This document shows, piece by piece, positions 36,741 through 44,861 of a stretch of DNA of 64,000 bases. A program made the translations under genes and the position numbers. The number at the start of each line of letters is the position of its first letter. The first letter of the stretch is position 1. The stretch comes from Bacteroidales bacterium (GTDB taxonomy: Bacteria; Bacteroidota; Bacteroidia; Bacteroidales; F082), in the NCBI GenBank assembly GCA_017649945.1, contig JAGCFU010000080.1:220-64219 (forward strand), read 5' to 3'. The notes under the pieces are model-generated. The model was not told where the DNA came from. It did not search any database and saw only the letters and a list, made by a program, of their open reading frames with translations.

Positions 36741-38378
36741 ATGAAACAAAACATTTTAATGAAGAAAGAACAGACATTAAAACAAAAGGTAGCCGATTTA
36801 ATCGCACGGCATATGATTTGTTATTCCGAACAAGATTGTGCACAGATTCTTGTTGGACTTAATGTTATTTCCTCGTTTAATTTGAATATAGACCATCCAC
36901 AAGCATCGATTAACCTTAATCTTTTCCAAGAATCTTTGGCGAAAATCAATGAAAAAGAATTGAGGAGGCGTGATGAAGGTGTATACTATACCCCAAAAGA
37001 CGCAACAGAATATGTTGTTGCTAACACATACCTTAATTACGTTTGTCCAGACAACGTTCAAGTACATCCCGTTGATAAATGTTTGCAGATACTAACCCAA
37101 ATCAATAGTAGTAAGTTGGTTTGCGCTAAAGTTTTTGACCCAACATGTGGAACAGCCGAATTCTTGTTAAGTGCAATAAATCTAAAGTTGCAGATAATTG
37201 ATTGTGATTCCGATGACGCAATATTAAATCTTGTGTCAACAATATATGGCAACGATATTGCAGAAGAATCCATCTTTTTATCCAAGGTGAGATTGTTCTT
37301 TGCAGTTGTTAAGTTTCTTCAGGACAAGAATAATTCTGTAAGATTAGCAAAGATTTTAAATAAGAACTTCACCTCATTGGATTATATAATTAACCATAAC
37401 ATATCGCCAAAATATGATATAATTGTGGGTAATCCGCCATATGTAGAATACCGCAAATTACCCGTAAAGCCAACCACAAACTATGGAAACACATACGCCG
37501 ATGTTTTGCTAAATTCTATTAATGCAGCAAAGCAAAATGGTGCCTTGGGTTTCGTGATTCCCATATCATTTGTATCCACCGGACGCATGAAAGCTATTCG
37601 TGAGTATTCATATTCAAAGTTAAGCAAAATGTTTTTGCTTAACTTTGCGGATCGTCCTGATTGCTTATTTGATGGCGTTCACCAAAAACTTACAATATTC
37701 TTCGGAATCAAAGGCAGAAATAAATGCTGTGTCTACTCATCCAGTTACTACCATTGGTATAGCGAGGAACGAGATTATTTGCTCAGCAACGCAAGTGTTT
37801 TACCCGTTATTCCTTATGAAAAATACATTCCTAAAATCGGTAATGATTTTGAGCGGAGTATATTTGATAAAATAATGAGTGCTAAAGGGCTGACCTTAGC
37901 GGACATCACATCAGACACAAAAAGCAATACTTTGCTATATCTTAACATGCGTGGATGTTTTTGGATGAAAGCATTCTCTTTTAATCCGGGGTCAAATGAA
38001 TATAAGCAATTCAAAAGCCCGAAGGAAATGCAACCGTATATCCTTGCCATCTTAAATTCCAATCTCTATTTCCTTTATTGGACAATAGTTTCTGATTGTT
38101 GGCATATAACTGGAAAGGAAATATCCGAATTTATCATACCTATTAAAGACGTCAACTTCAAAGCTTTTAGAAATATATACAACAATATTGAAAAAAAATT
38201 AGAGGAAACCAAGAAGTATATCGGTAGCAAACAAACGGCTTATGAGTACAAACATAAAGATTGTAAGCCAGAGATAGACGCTGTTGATGATGCTTTGAAA
38301 GGTATATATAATCTCTCAGATGATGAAGTTGAATATTTAAGAAACTATAAAGTCAAATATAGAACTAGTAATGGCTAA
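36741..38378 (+). CDS. N6-adenine DNA methyltransferase (gamma class, Eco57I/TaqI-like)
   Basis: Motif X GVYYTPKD, motif I VFDPTCGTAEFLL and motif IV VGNPPY. Confidence 0.85.
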   Translation: MKQNILMKKEQTLKQKVADLIARHMICYSEQDCAQILVGLNVISSFNLNIDHPQASINLNLFQESLAKINEKELRRRDEGVYYTPKDATEYVVANTYLNYVCPDNVQVHPVDKCLQILTQINSSKLVCAKVFDPTCGTAEFLLSAINLKLQIIDCDSDDAILNLVSTIYGNDIAEESIFLSKVRLFFAVVKFLQDKNNSVRLAKILNKNFTSLDYIINHNISPKYDIIVGNPPYVEYRKLPVKPTTNYGNTYADVLLNSINAAKQNGALGFVIPISFVSTGRMKAIREYSYSKLSKMFLLNFADRPDCLFDGVHQKLTIFFGIKGRNKCCVYSSSYYHWYSEERDYLLSNASVLPVIPYEKYIPKIGNDFERSIFDKIMSAKGLTLADITSDTKSNTLLYLNMRGCFWMKAFSFNPGSNEYKQFKSPKEMQPYILAILNSNLYFLYWTIVSDCWHITGKEISEFIIPIKDVNFKAFRNIYNNIEKKLEETKKYIGSKQTAYEYKHKDCKPEIDAVDDALKGIYNLSDDEVEYLRNYKVKYRTSNG

Positions 38379-39498
38379 ATATAACGTCATAGATTTGTTT
38401 TCAGGCTGTGGAGGTTTTTCTGTAGGTTTTGAAAGAGCGGGCTATCGTATCATTAAGGCGGTAGAATACGACAAAACAATTGCCGTTTCTTACTCGCATA
38501 ATCATAAGGCAACAATTATGTATGCAGAAGATATAGGAAAGATAGACAATGAAGATCATTTTACATGCGGAGAATCAGATGTAATCATTGGGGGCCCCCC
38601 ATGTCAAGGTTTCTCTATGGCAGGTGCGAGAATTCGTGAAAAAAATGCATTTATGAACGACCCGCGAAACTTTCTTTTTCGTCACTATGTGAACGTTGTC
38701 AAAATAGTTCGTCCAAAAGTATTCTTGTTGGAAAATGTTAAGGGAATCTTGTCAAAAGACAAAGGCGCCATATTCAAAGAGATAGTCAGTGCTTTTAGCA
38801 ACCCTGATAATTTTGAAGGGGATAGATATTATTTGCACTACAAAGTTTGCAAGGCTGTAGAATATGGAGTACCTCAACAACGAGAACGTGTTGTTGTGAT
38901 AGGCGTGCTCAATCACGATTTTAATATAGACGAAGTATTTGAGTTTGCCCGGAGAAATATCCTTAAAAAAGATAAGCACTTCTTTGATGCTGTATCATTG
39001 CGAGATGCAATTTCTGATTTAGGTCACCCGACAATTGATGGCATTACGGAATTACAACCTTGTCAATCCAGGTATCAAGAATTCTTGCGTGAGGGGTGCG
39101 ATAAAACTTCAAATCACATAGCATCTAAACATAATGCAATTGCTATTAACCGGATGCAACATATTGAAGTGGGACAAAACTGGGAAGTATTAAATGAAGA
39201 TATCCACTCTGTGCATAGCGGTGCATATGGTCGATTGGCATGGGACAAGCCAACTATGACAATAACAACTCGTTTTGATACACCAGCTGGAGGAAGATTT
39301 ATTCATCCGGTAGAAAATAGGACTCTAACGCCGCGCGAAGCTGCCCGCATACAGTCTTTCCCTGACAGTTTTGAGTTCTTAGGAAATAAAACAATTGTTT
39401 GTAGACAAATAGGAAATGCGGTACCACCGAAAATGGCATACTTTTTAGCAAATGTAGTAAAACATATATTTTATGAATATGGGAAAACTAAGCGATGA
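38371..39498 (+). CDS. DNA (cytosine-5)-methyltransferase (second copy, different TRD)
   Basis: Motifs DLFSGCGGFSVG, GGPPCQGFS, ENV, QQRER, TPREAARIQSFPD and GNAVPP. It overlaps the upstream gene by 8 nt. Confidence 0.9.
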   Translation: MAKYNVIDLFSGCGGFSVGFERAGYRIIKAVEYDKTIAVSYSHNHKATIMYAEDIGKIDNEDHFTCGESDVIIGGPPCQGFSMAGARIREKNAFMNDPRNFLFRHYVNVVKIVRPKVFLLENVKGILSKDKGAIFKEIVSAFSNPDNFEGDRYYLHYKVCKAVEYGVPQQRERVVVIGVLNHDFNIDEVFEFARRNILKKDKHFFDAVSLRDAISDLGHPTIDGITELQPCQSRYQEFLREGCDKTSNHIASKHNAIAINRMQHIEVGQNWEVLNEDIHSVHSGAYGRLAWDKPTMTITTRFDTPAGGRFIHPVENRTLTPREAARIQSFPDSFEFLGNKTIVCRQIGNAVPPKMAYFLANVVKHIFYEYGKTKR

Positions 39499-41257
39499 AA
39501 AACTCGCCAAATTGAAAACCTTGGATAGTCAAGGAGGATTTTGGTATATCACAAAGCAAAATCTAGTATTTCGAGATTTATGCTTTATGGCAAAAATTCT
39601 TGAGGCATGGGATGACCGTAAGGAGGAGAATTATGAAAGTTTCTTTAATAAGCACAAGATTCTTCCTGATTTTGGTGCTTTTGATCCCCTTATTGCTCAT
39701 CGTGCTACAAAAAATTGTGAATACATCGGATTGACTGTGCCTTCTGAAAAATACAGTGCACAAAATTTGACTCCGTTCTATTTCGCGCTAAAGAAGTTGT
39801 GTGGAGGCGATTTTAACCAATTGTCTTCTTATCCTCAAATTATTGATAAACAATTGGAACGGATGTTTATTGATTCGCGTACAAATAAAACATATACTAC
39901 TAATTTTCAAATTTGCCCATTTATGTTTTTGTTCAAAGTTTTGCTCCTTATAGGAGATATTACAAAATCGTATAAAATTTCGACAGCAGAATTTAAGCTG
40001 TTTGTTGCAACTGCACAGAGTTGGAATGAATACTTTGAAGTTGTAGAATCTATTTTAAGATATAGAACCGACGCGGATTTCCAAGCACAATGCAATAAGA
40101 ACAACACAAAAGTTAGCGATGTTCGTTACAATATATTAGCTCAAAATCATTCTCAGCTTGCAGTTACAAGTAGCGATATAGCTATATTGGAAAATGAAGT
40201 TAGAAATGTACGTAGAAAAGTAGCAGAATATGAATTAAGTGAAAGAGTTCAATCTGCAGAAGAAATTTTTACAGCGGGTTCTTTTGTTGAAAAAACATTC
40301 CAGAAAATATATTACGGTGCTCCTGGAACCGGCAAAAGCCACGAAGTAAAAAAGCAAACTGAAGAATTGTTGGATAGTGGCGAAGAAAGAGACTTGCCCA
40401 ATGTTTTCCGCACCACTTTCCATCCTGATACGGATTATGCTTCTTTCGTGGGATGTTATAAGCCTACCATGAAACCGACATCCAAAGAGGAAAAGACTCT
40501 CACCGGCAAAGATGAAGAGATAGTATATGAATTTGTTCCGCAGGTCTTTACAGATGCGTACGTTTATGCGTATAATAATTCCGACCAACCGACCTACTTG
40601 GTTATAGAGGAAATCAACCGTGGTAACTGTGCACAGATATTTGGCGACCTGTTCCAGCTATTGGACAGAAACGGAGGCGTTTCCGAATATAAAATCAAAG
40701 CAGACAAAGACTTGGCGCTATACCTCCGTGACAAATTGGATGCAGACTCCCAAGGCATCCAAGACGGAAAACTATGCTTGCCTGCCAACCTGCATATCCT
40801 TGCCACCATGAACACCTCCGACCAGAGTCTGTTCCCTATGGACAGCGCCTTCAAACGCCGTTGGGAATGGGAATACGTGCCCATCAATTATGACACAACC
40901 ATCAAATCGGGCGAGTTTGAAGTTACCATCGGTGACAAGTCCTATTCATGGGTTGTATTTATCAAGCAAGTGAACGAGAAGATCTTCGACCTTACCCAAA
41001 GCGAAGACAAACAAATGGGTAACTTTTTCATCAAACAATCCATTGATGAAAAAGGGTTCAAGAGCAAAGTGATGTTCTACCTTTGGTACGAAGTGCTACG
41101 TGACGAAACGGAAAACAACAAATACTTCTTCTACAAGAAAACTATCGTTGACGGCAAAGAAGTGTCAAGCAAATTCACATTTAAAGACCTATTCGGAGAT
41201 AAAGCGACGGAGACATTGCAGCAGTTCATGGATTACTTGAAGGTTGACCCTAAATGA
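39473..41257 (+). CDS. McrB-like AAA+ GTPase restriction subunit (LlaJI R1-like) with an unassigned ~270-aa N-terminal domain
   Basis: Walker A GAPGTGKSH, then FHPDTDYASFVG, VIEEINRGN, ATMNTSDQS (McrB NTAD-like) and AFKRRWEW. Confidence 0.85.
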   Translation: MNMGKLSDEKLAKLKTLDSQGGFWYITKQNLVFRDLCFMAKILEAWDDRKEENYESFFNKHKILPDFGAFDPLIAHRATKNCEYIGLTVPSEKYSAQNLTPFYFALKKLCGGDFNQLSSYPQIIDKQLERMFIDSRTNKTYTTNFQICPFMFLFKVLLLIGDITKSYKISTAEFKLFVATAQSWNEYFEVVESILRYRTDADFQAQCNKNNTKVSDVRYNILAQNHSQLAVTSSDIAILENEVRNVRRKVAEYELSERVQSAEEIFTAGSFVEKTFQKIYYGAPGTGKSHEVKKQTEELLDSGEERDLPNVFRTTFHPDTDYASFVGCYKPTMKPTSKEEKTLTGKDEEIVYEFVPQVFTDAYVYAYNNSDQPTYLVIEEINRGNCAQIFGDLFQLLDRNGGVSEYKIKADKDLALYLRDKLDADSQGIQDGKLCLPANLHILATMNTSDQSLFPMDSAFKRRWEWEYVPINYDTTIKSGEFEVTIGDKSYSWVVFIKQVNEKIFDLTQSEDKQMGNFFIKQSIDEKGFKSKVMFYLWYEVLRDETENNKYFFYKKTIVDGKEVSSKFTFKDLFGDKATETLQQFMDYLKVDPK

Positions 41258-43332
41258 AAATACTCATTGAGCAATACGGCTACGACAAGGGCAGGTTGAG
41301 TTCCATACTCGACCCACACTATTTCACTGAACTGCGTGACGGGAAAGCCAAGATACCCTATGTGGGTTATTTCCTGTCGCACAAGATTCCGGACATGGTG
41401 TTTATCCTGCCGAAAGTATTCATCATCGAAGGCAAAGCCTTTGGTGAATACGATCCGGAAGAGATTATCGACTTCGAGCAACTCAAGCCGGAGCACAAAG
41501 CCAATGTGTTCAGCCTTTCGGTATGGATATATCGCGCCATCAAACTCTATTTCCAACACAAAGACAAGATAGGAGAGGAATCGGAGATATTGCAGAACGT
41601 GGTTTCTCACCAAGGTCCGAGAAGCGAGACAATGATAGATATTGTGCTTTCTCTGCTGAAGTTTGACAAAGAGCACAAGAACCTGTTTGCCTATATCACC
41701 CGCCTCAAGCACTCCGGACAAAACAAAATCCATTGGCAGAAAACAATCTCCCGGACACAGGCACTCATCCAAAACGGTGTACCTATTTACCTCCAACCGC
41801 ACACCAAACAGAAAGACATTAACTTCGATGAAGAGCTGATTGTACTGTTTTACTCAGTACTGAACTATCTCGCTCAGGAATTCAAGTTCAATGTGCGTCC
41901 GGCATTTGGGTACGACTTACTCAAACCCGAGACCATCCAATCCATGATAGACAGTGGGAAAGGCGTTCATGTGCTCCGTCAAAACCGCCGCAAGTACTTC
42001 ACGGACGAGATGGTACAGTTGTGGAACCTACTCTTCACCTTCTTCGAGCAATCCCAATATGTCCAAAGCAAAGATAATGACGACGAACAAGCTATGCTGG
42101 TTCGCGAGTTCAACCTTGTCTTTGAAGATATGATTGACTCACTCATCGGCGATAGTGATATATCAGGAGGACTGAAAGAGCAAAAAGATGGTAAAATCAT
42201 CGACCATATCTACCGCGATAATGCACTGATAGAAGATAAGAAACAAATCTATTTCATTGGTGACAGCAAATATTACAAGGATGACAACGACATCGGTCCG
42301 AATTCTATCTACAAGCAGTTCACATACGCCAAGAACGTCATCCAGTACAATATTGATTTCTTCAACAGCAGGCCTCAAGAGTTTGAGGCGGAGAACCTGC
42401 AATATCGGGATAACACTACCGAAGGCTACAACATCACCCCGAACTTCTTTATTCGAGGTCACCTGCAAGCCGGGCAACTGAATGACTACAGCAATGCTAA
42501 TTTGAAATTGGAGAAGATGAATGATGGTAAGAGCCATAGGATTTCGTACCATTTTGAGAATCGGCTCTTTGACCGTGACACGCTGATTTTGCAAACGTAT
42601 AGCATTAATTTCCTGTTTGTGCTGGCTTGTTATGTGCAAGGGGCAGGCGAGCACACACAAGAAATCAGAAGTATATTCCGTGAAAATATCAAGAAGGTTC
42701 TTCAATTGCAATATGGTTTCTTTGCCATCAAGCCGAGAGTTCATGACGAGACAGAGCAGTTCTTGCATGACAATTTTCAACAGGTGCTTGGCAAAGTATT
42801 TGCACCGTATGGTGGTTCGACCAATTGCATGACTTTAGCTTTAGATAATGATGCTGATAATACGGAAACACTTGCGCTGATAGATAAGTATTTTTACAGG
42901 AAACCTATTCCAAATAATCAACTGGATGTAAAACCGGATACATTGTTTGACACTGACGAGCAGACGATTATGCATGCTGTGGAACTTTCGGTGGATATGC
43001 ATGATAAATGTGTCATTACGGCACTTGTCAGAAAAGATGACAAGAGTTTTGACAAATTTAATATCGGAGGAGCTAAAGAATATGTCATGGAGTCGATTCC
43101 GGCTGTTAGTTTATGGAGCATCAAATACTTAATGCCGATGGCCTCATATGATTTTATTGGATATTATGAGGTGACGGACATAAAGTTTAATCCAATGACA
43201 AAAAGATTGCGGTTCATGTTGGGGCAGTTCTTCCCGTTGGGCGATTTACCGGTTAACGTGGCTGGGAAAATGAGGCACGGTGAATTGATTAACCTTGAAT
43301 ACGTACAAAAATTATATAACAAGGAAATATAA
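41254..43332 (+). CDS. LlaJI/McrC-like restriction endonuclease subunit
   Basis: 692 aa. The ATGA overlap with the McrB-like gene suggests translational coupling. The PD-(D/E)xK-like block is IIDHIY...(x)...YFIGDSKYYKD (D317, D337-S-K339). Confidence 0.65.
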   Translation: MKILIEQYGYDKGRLSSILDPHYFTELRDGKAKIPYVGYFLSHKIPDMVFILPKVFIIEGKAFGEYDPEEIIDFEQLKPEHKANVFSLSVWIYRAIKLYFQHKDKIGEESEILQNVVSHQGPRSETMIDIVLSLLKFDKEHKNLFAYITRLKHSGQNKIHWQKTISRTQALIQNGVPIYLQPHTKQKDINFDEELIVLFYSVLNYLAQEFKFNVRPAFGYDLLKPETIQSMIDSGKGVHVLRQNRRKYFTDEMVQLWNLLFTFFEQSQYVQSKDNDDEQAMLVREFNLVFEDMIDSLIGDSDISGGLKEQKDGKIIDHIYRDNALIEDKKQIYFIGDSKYYKDDNDIGPNSIYKQFTYAKNVIQYNIDFFNSRPQEFEAENLQYRDNTTEGYNITPNFFIRGHLQAGQLNDYSNANLKLEKMNDGKSHRISYHFENRLFDRDTLILQTYSINFLFVLACYVQGAGEHTQEIRSIFRENIKKVLQLQYGFFAIKPRVHDETEQFLHDNFQQVLGKVFAPYGGSTNCMTLALDNDADNTETLALIDKYFYRKPIPNNQLDVKPDTLFDTDEQTIMHAVELSVDMHDKCVITALVRKDDKSFDKFNIGGAKEYVMESIPAVSLWSIKYLMPMASYDFIGYYEVTDIKFNPMTKRLRFMLGQFFPLGDLPVNVAGKMRHGELINLEYVQKLYNKEI

Positions 43333-43847
43333 TGACCGACCACTTCACCCCAATCCAACGGCACCTTGTGATGTCACACATCCGCAGCCGTAACACTAAA
43401 CCCGAGCTGAAGGTGCGCAAATGGCTTTGGTCTCATGGCTATCGCTATCGTCTTAACGTAAAAGGAGTTCCTGGCAAGCCAGACATCGTAATGCGTCGTT
43501 ATCGCACTGCAATCTTTGTTAATGGTTGCTTCTGGCATGGTCATGAGGGATGTGAGAAGTTCAAGATGCCGAAAACAAATGTCGAGTTTTGGGAGGCGAA
43601 AATACGGAGAAATAGAGAACGAGACTGTCAAAACTATCAGATTTTAAAGGAAAACGGATGGCAAGTACTTGTGCTTTGGGAGTGCGAGCTTACAAAGAAG
43701 TCGTTTGAAGCAACTATGCAGAAAGTGGAAGTGATGCTGCATGATTATTGCTTGAAGACTATAAGTCCCAAGGTTAAAGAATATATTAGAGTGGATGAAG
43801 ATGCCATTCAGATGGCAGCTGAAGCAGAAGCTGATTATGGAGATTAA
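43332..43847 (+). CDS. vsr: Very short patch repair endonuclease
   Basis: Contains TKPELKVRKWLWSHGYRYRLN...PGKPDIVMRRYRTAIFVNGCFWHGH, the diagnostic Vsr core. Confidence 0.9.
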   Translation: MTDHFTPIQRHLVMSHIRSRNTKPELKVRKWLWSHGYRYRLNVKGVPGKPDIVMRRYRTAIFVNGCFWHGHEGCEKFKMPKTNVEFWEAKIRRNRERDCQNYQILKENGWQVLVLWECELTKKSFEATMQKVEVMLHDYCLKTISPKVKEYIRVDEDAIQMAAEAEADYGD

Positions 43848-43854
43848 CTCTCTT

Positions 43855-44030
43855 GGCTTCGCCCCACGTCGCTTCGCGGTGCGGGGGCTCGGCCCGAATC
43901 GCGGGGCAGCGATGGCCAAAGAGCCAGGCTAAGGCGCTGATTCTCAAGTGGGGCGCCCGGTCGTTTGTTTTCGTAAGAAAACACTACCCACGCTGAGAAT
44001 CACAGCCTTAGACCGGCTGCAGCGGGGGCC
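43855..44030 (+). repeat. GC-rich structured repeat, right copy
   Basis: Begins 8 nt after the vsr stop and aligns with the reverse complement of 31622..31798. Confidence 0.85.
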
Positions 44031-44054
44031 GATTATTCGGGCCTTGATTTTTTG

Positions 44055-44082
44055 GATACTTTTTTATCAAGAAAAAAGTATC
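44055..44082. repeat. A/T palindrome GATACTTTTTT-ATCAA-GAAAAAAGTATC, copy 1
   Basis: Near-perfect 11-bp arms. It lies 30 nt upstream of the -7 box at 44112. The twin is at 44759..44786. Confidence 0.6.
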
Positions 44083-44111
44083 ATACAACCGCCTGTTAAG
44101 GCCAAAATTCC

Positions 44112-44119
44112 TATATTTG
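44112..44119 (+). promoter_or_regulatory. -7 promoter box (TATATTTG)
   Basis: Matches TAnnTTTG. The listed ORF start at 44117 lies inside it, so the real start is taken as 44159. Confidence 0.45.
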
Positions 44120-44158
44120 CAAAACATTTCTCATGAAGTGCACAATGACATCGTTACC

Positions 44159-44605
44159 ATGGAACAAACCTATTCCAACTACACCAACCGCATCCTGAAT
44201 CTCCGCCAGGCGAAAATCCATGGCGAGGTGATAGTCGCAAAGCCTGTTCTGCTGCTCGCACTGATTGATGGCATAGGGCAGGGGATATTCAAAGAAAACC
44301 GTTTCGTGCTTAACGAGTGGCTCGAAGCCCGCTACCTGAAGCTGATGGTGGAAAACACCCGTCATTCGCAATTCGACAAGCCTGCCGATATAGCCAATCC
44401 TTTCTGGCATCTCGCCACCGACGGCTTCTGGCATCTGAATGGCAAAGATGTGCTTGAGATGAAAACCACACCATCAAGAAAATGGCTCAAAGAGAATGTT
44501 AACTACGCCTATTTTGATGAAGACCTATGGCTCCTGTTACAAAACCAGCCATGGAGAGAAAAACTGCGCAACTTTATCGTAGAACAAAAACTTACCAATT
44601 TATAG
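44159..44605 (+). CDS. Stand-alone domain resembling the N-terminal DNA-reader domain of HNH-type type IV restriction enzymes (ScoMcrA SBD-like); no nuclease domain
   Basis: The pattern AKPVLLLALIDGIGQG...NEWLEARYLKLM...NPFWHLATDGFWHL recalls KP(L/I)LLLA...PF(W/Y)HL..DGFW.L N-termini of such enzymes. This is motif-level recall only. Confidence 0.35.
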   Translation: MEQTYSNYTNRILNLRQAKIHGEVIVAKPVLLLALIDGIGQGIFKENRFVLNEWLEARYLKLMVENTRHSQFDKPADIANPFWHLATDGFWHLNGKDVLEMKTTPSRKWLKENVNYAYFDEDLWLLLQNQPWREKLRNFIVEQKLTNL

Positions 44606-44758
44606 ATGTGGCTTTGCCCCATATGGTTTACAGCGTTGGCCCGCGTCATACAGCGGTCAGAGCTTTGTATGGCGCTTGACTTTTTAGTTTTACTGATTTT
44701 GCTTTGTCTCAGCATAGCTCAAGTAAACTTGGCTCTGCATTCGACATTCGCAAAATTG

Positions 44759-44786
44759 GTTACTTTTTTGTCAAGAAAAAAGTAAC
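44759..44786. repeat. A/T palindrome GTTACTTTTTT-GTCAA-GAAAAAAGTAAC, copy 2
   Basis: Has the same 24-nt core as copy 1 with a compensating A:T to T:A swap in the outer stem. It lies 44 nt upstream of the -7 box at 44830. Confidence 0.6.
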
Positions 44787-44829
44787 AAGATAATATAAAA
44801 TAAACCTCTGAACTTTCAAAAATTTTTCG

Positions 44830-44837
44830 TACCTTTG
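44830..44837 (+). promoter_or_regulatory. -7 promoter box (TACCTTTG) for the Fic gene
   Basis: Matches TAnnTTTG 25 nt upstream of the ATG at 44862. Confidence 0.45.
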
Positions 44838-44861
44838 CAAAGACAACATTTAGCATTTATA

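Noticed and set aside
41233-42780. Antisense ORFs of 189 and 205 aa inside the LlaJI/McrC-like gene (also 45198..45770 opposite fic)
   Set aside because: Their sequence is low in complexity and carries no recognisable motif on the strand opposite genes with clear motifs. They were treated as spurious.
31799-43854. Calling the island an ICE, transposon or prophage remnant
   Set aside because: No integrase, transposase, relaxase, tRNA target or direct repeats are visible in the window. Only the inverted GC-rich repeats and the compositional contrast support horizontal origin.
43948-44136. 62-aa ORF (MGRPVVCFRKKTLPTLRITALDRLQRGP...) on the plus strand
   Set aside because: It has the same problem. 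It starts inside the repeat, runs through the A/T palindrome and the promoter box of the next gene, and shares only the repeat-encoded part with the other copy.
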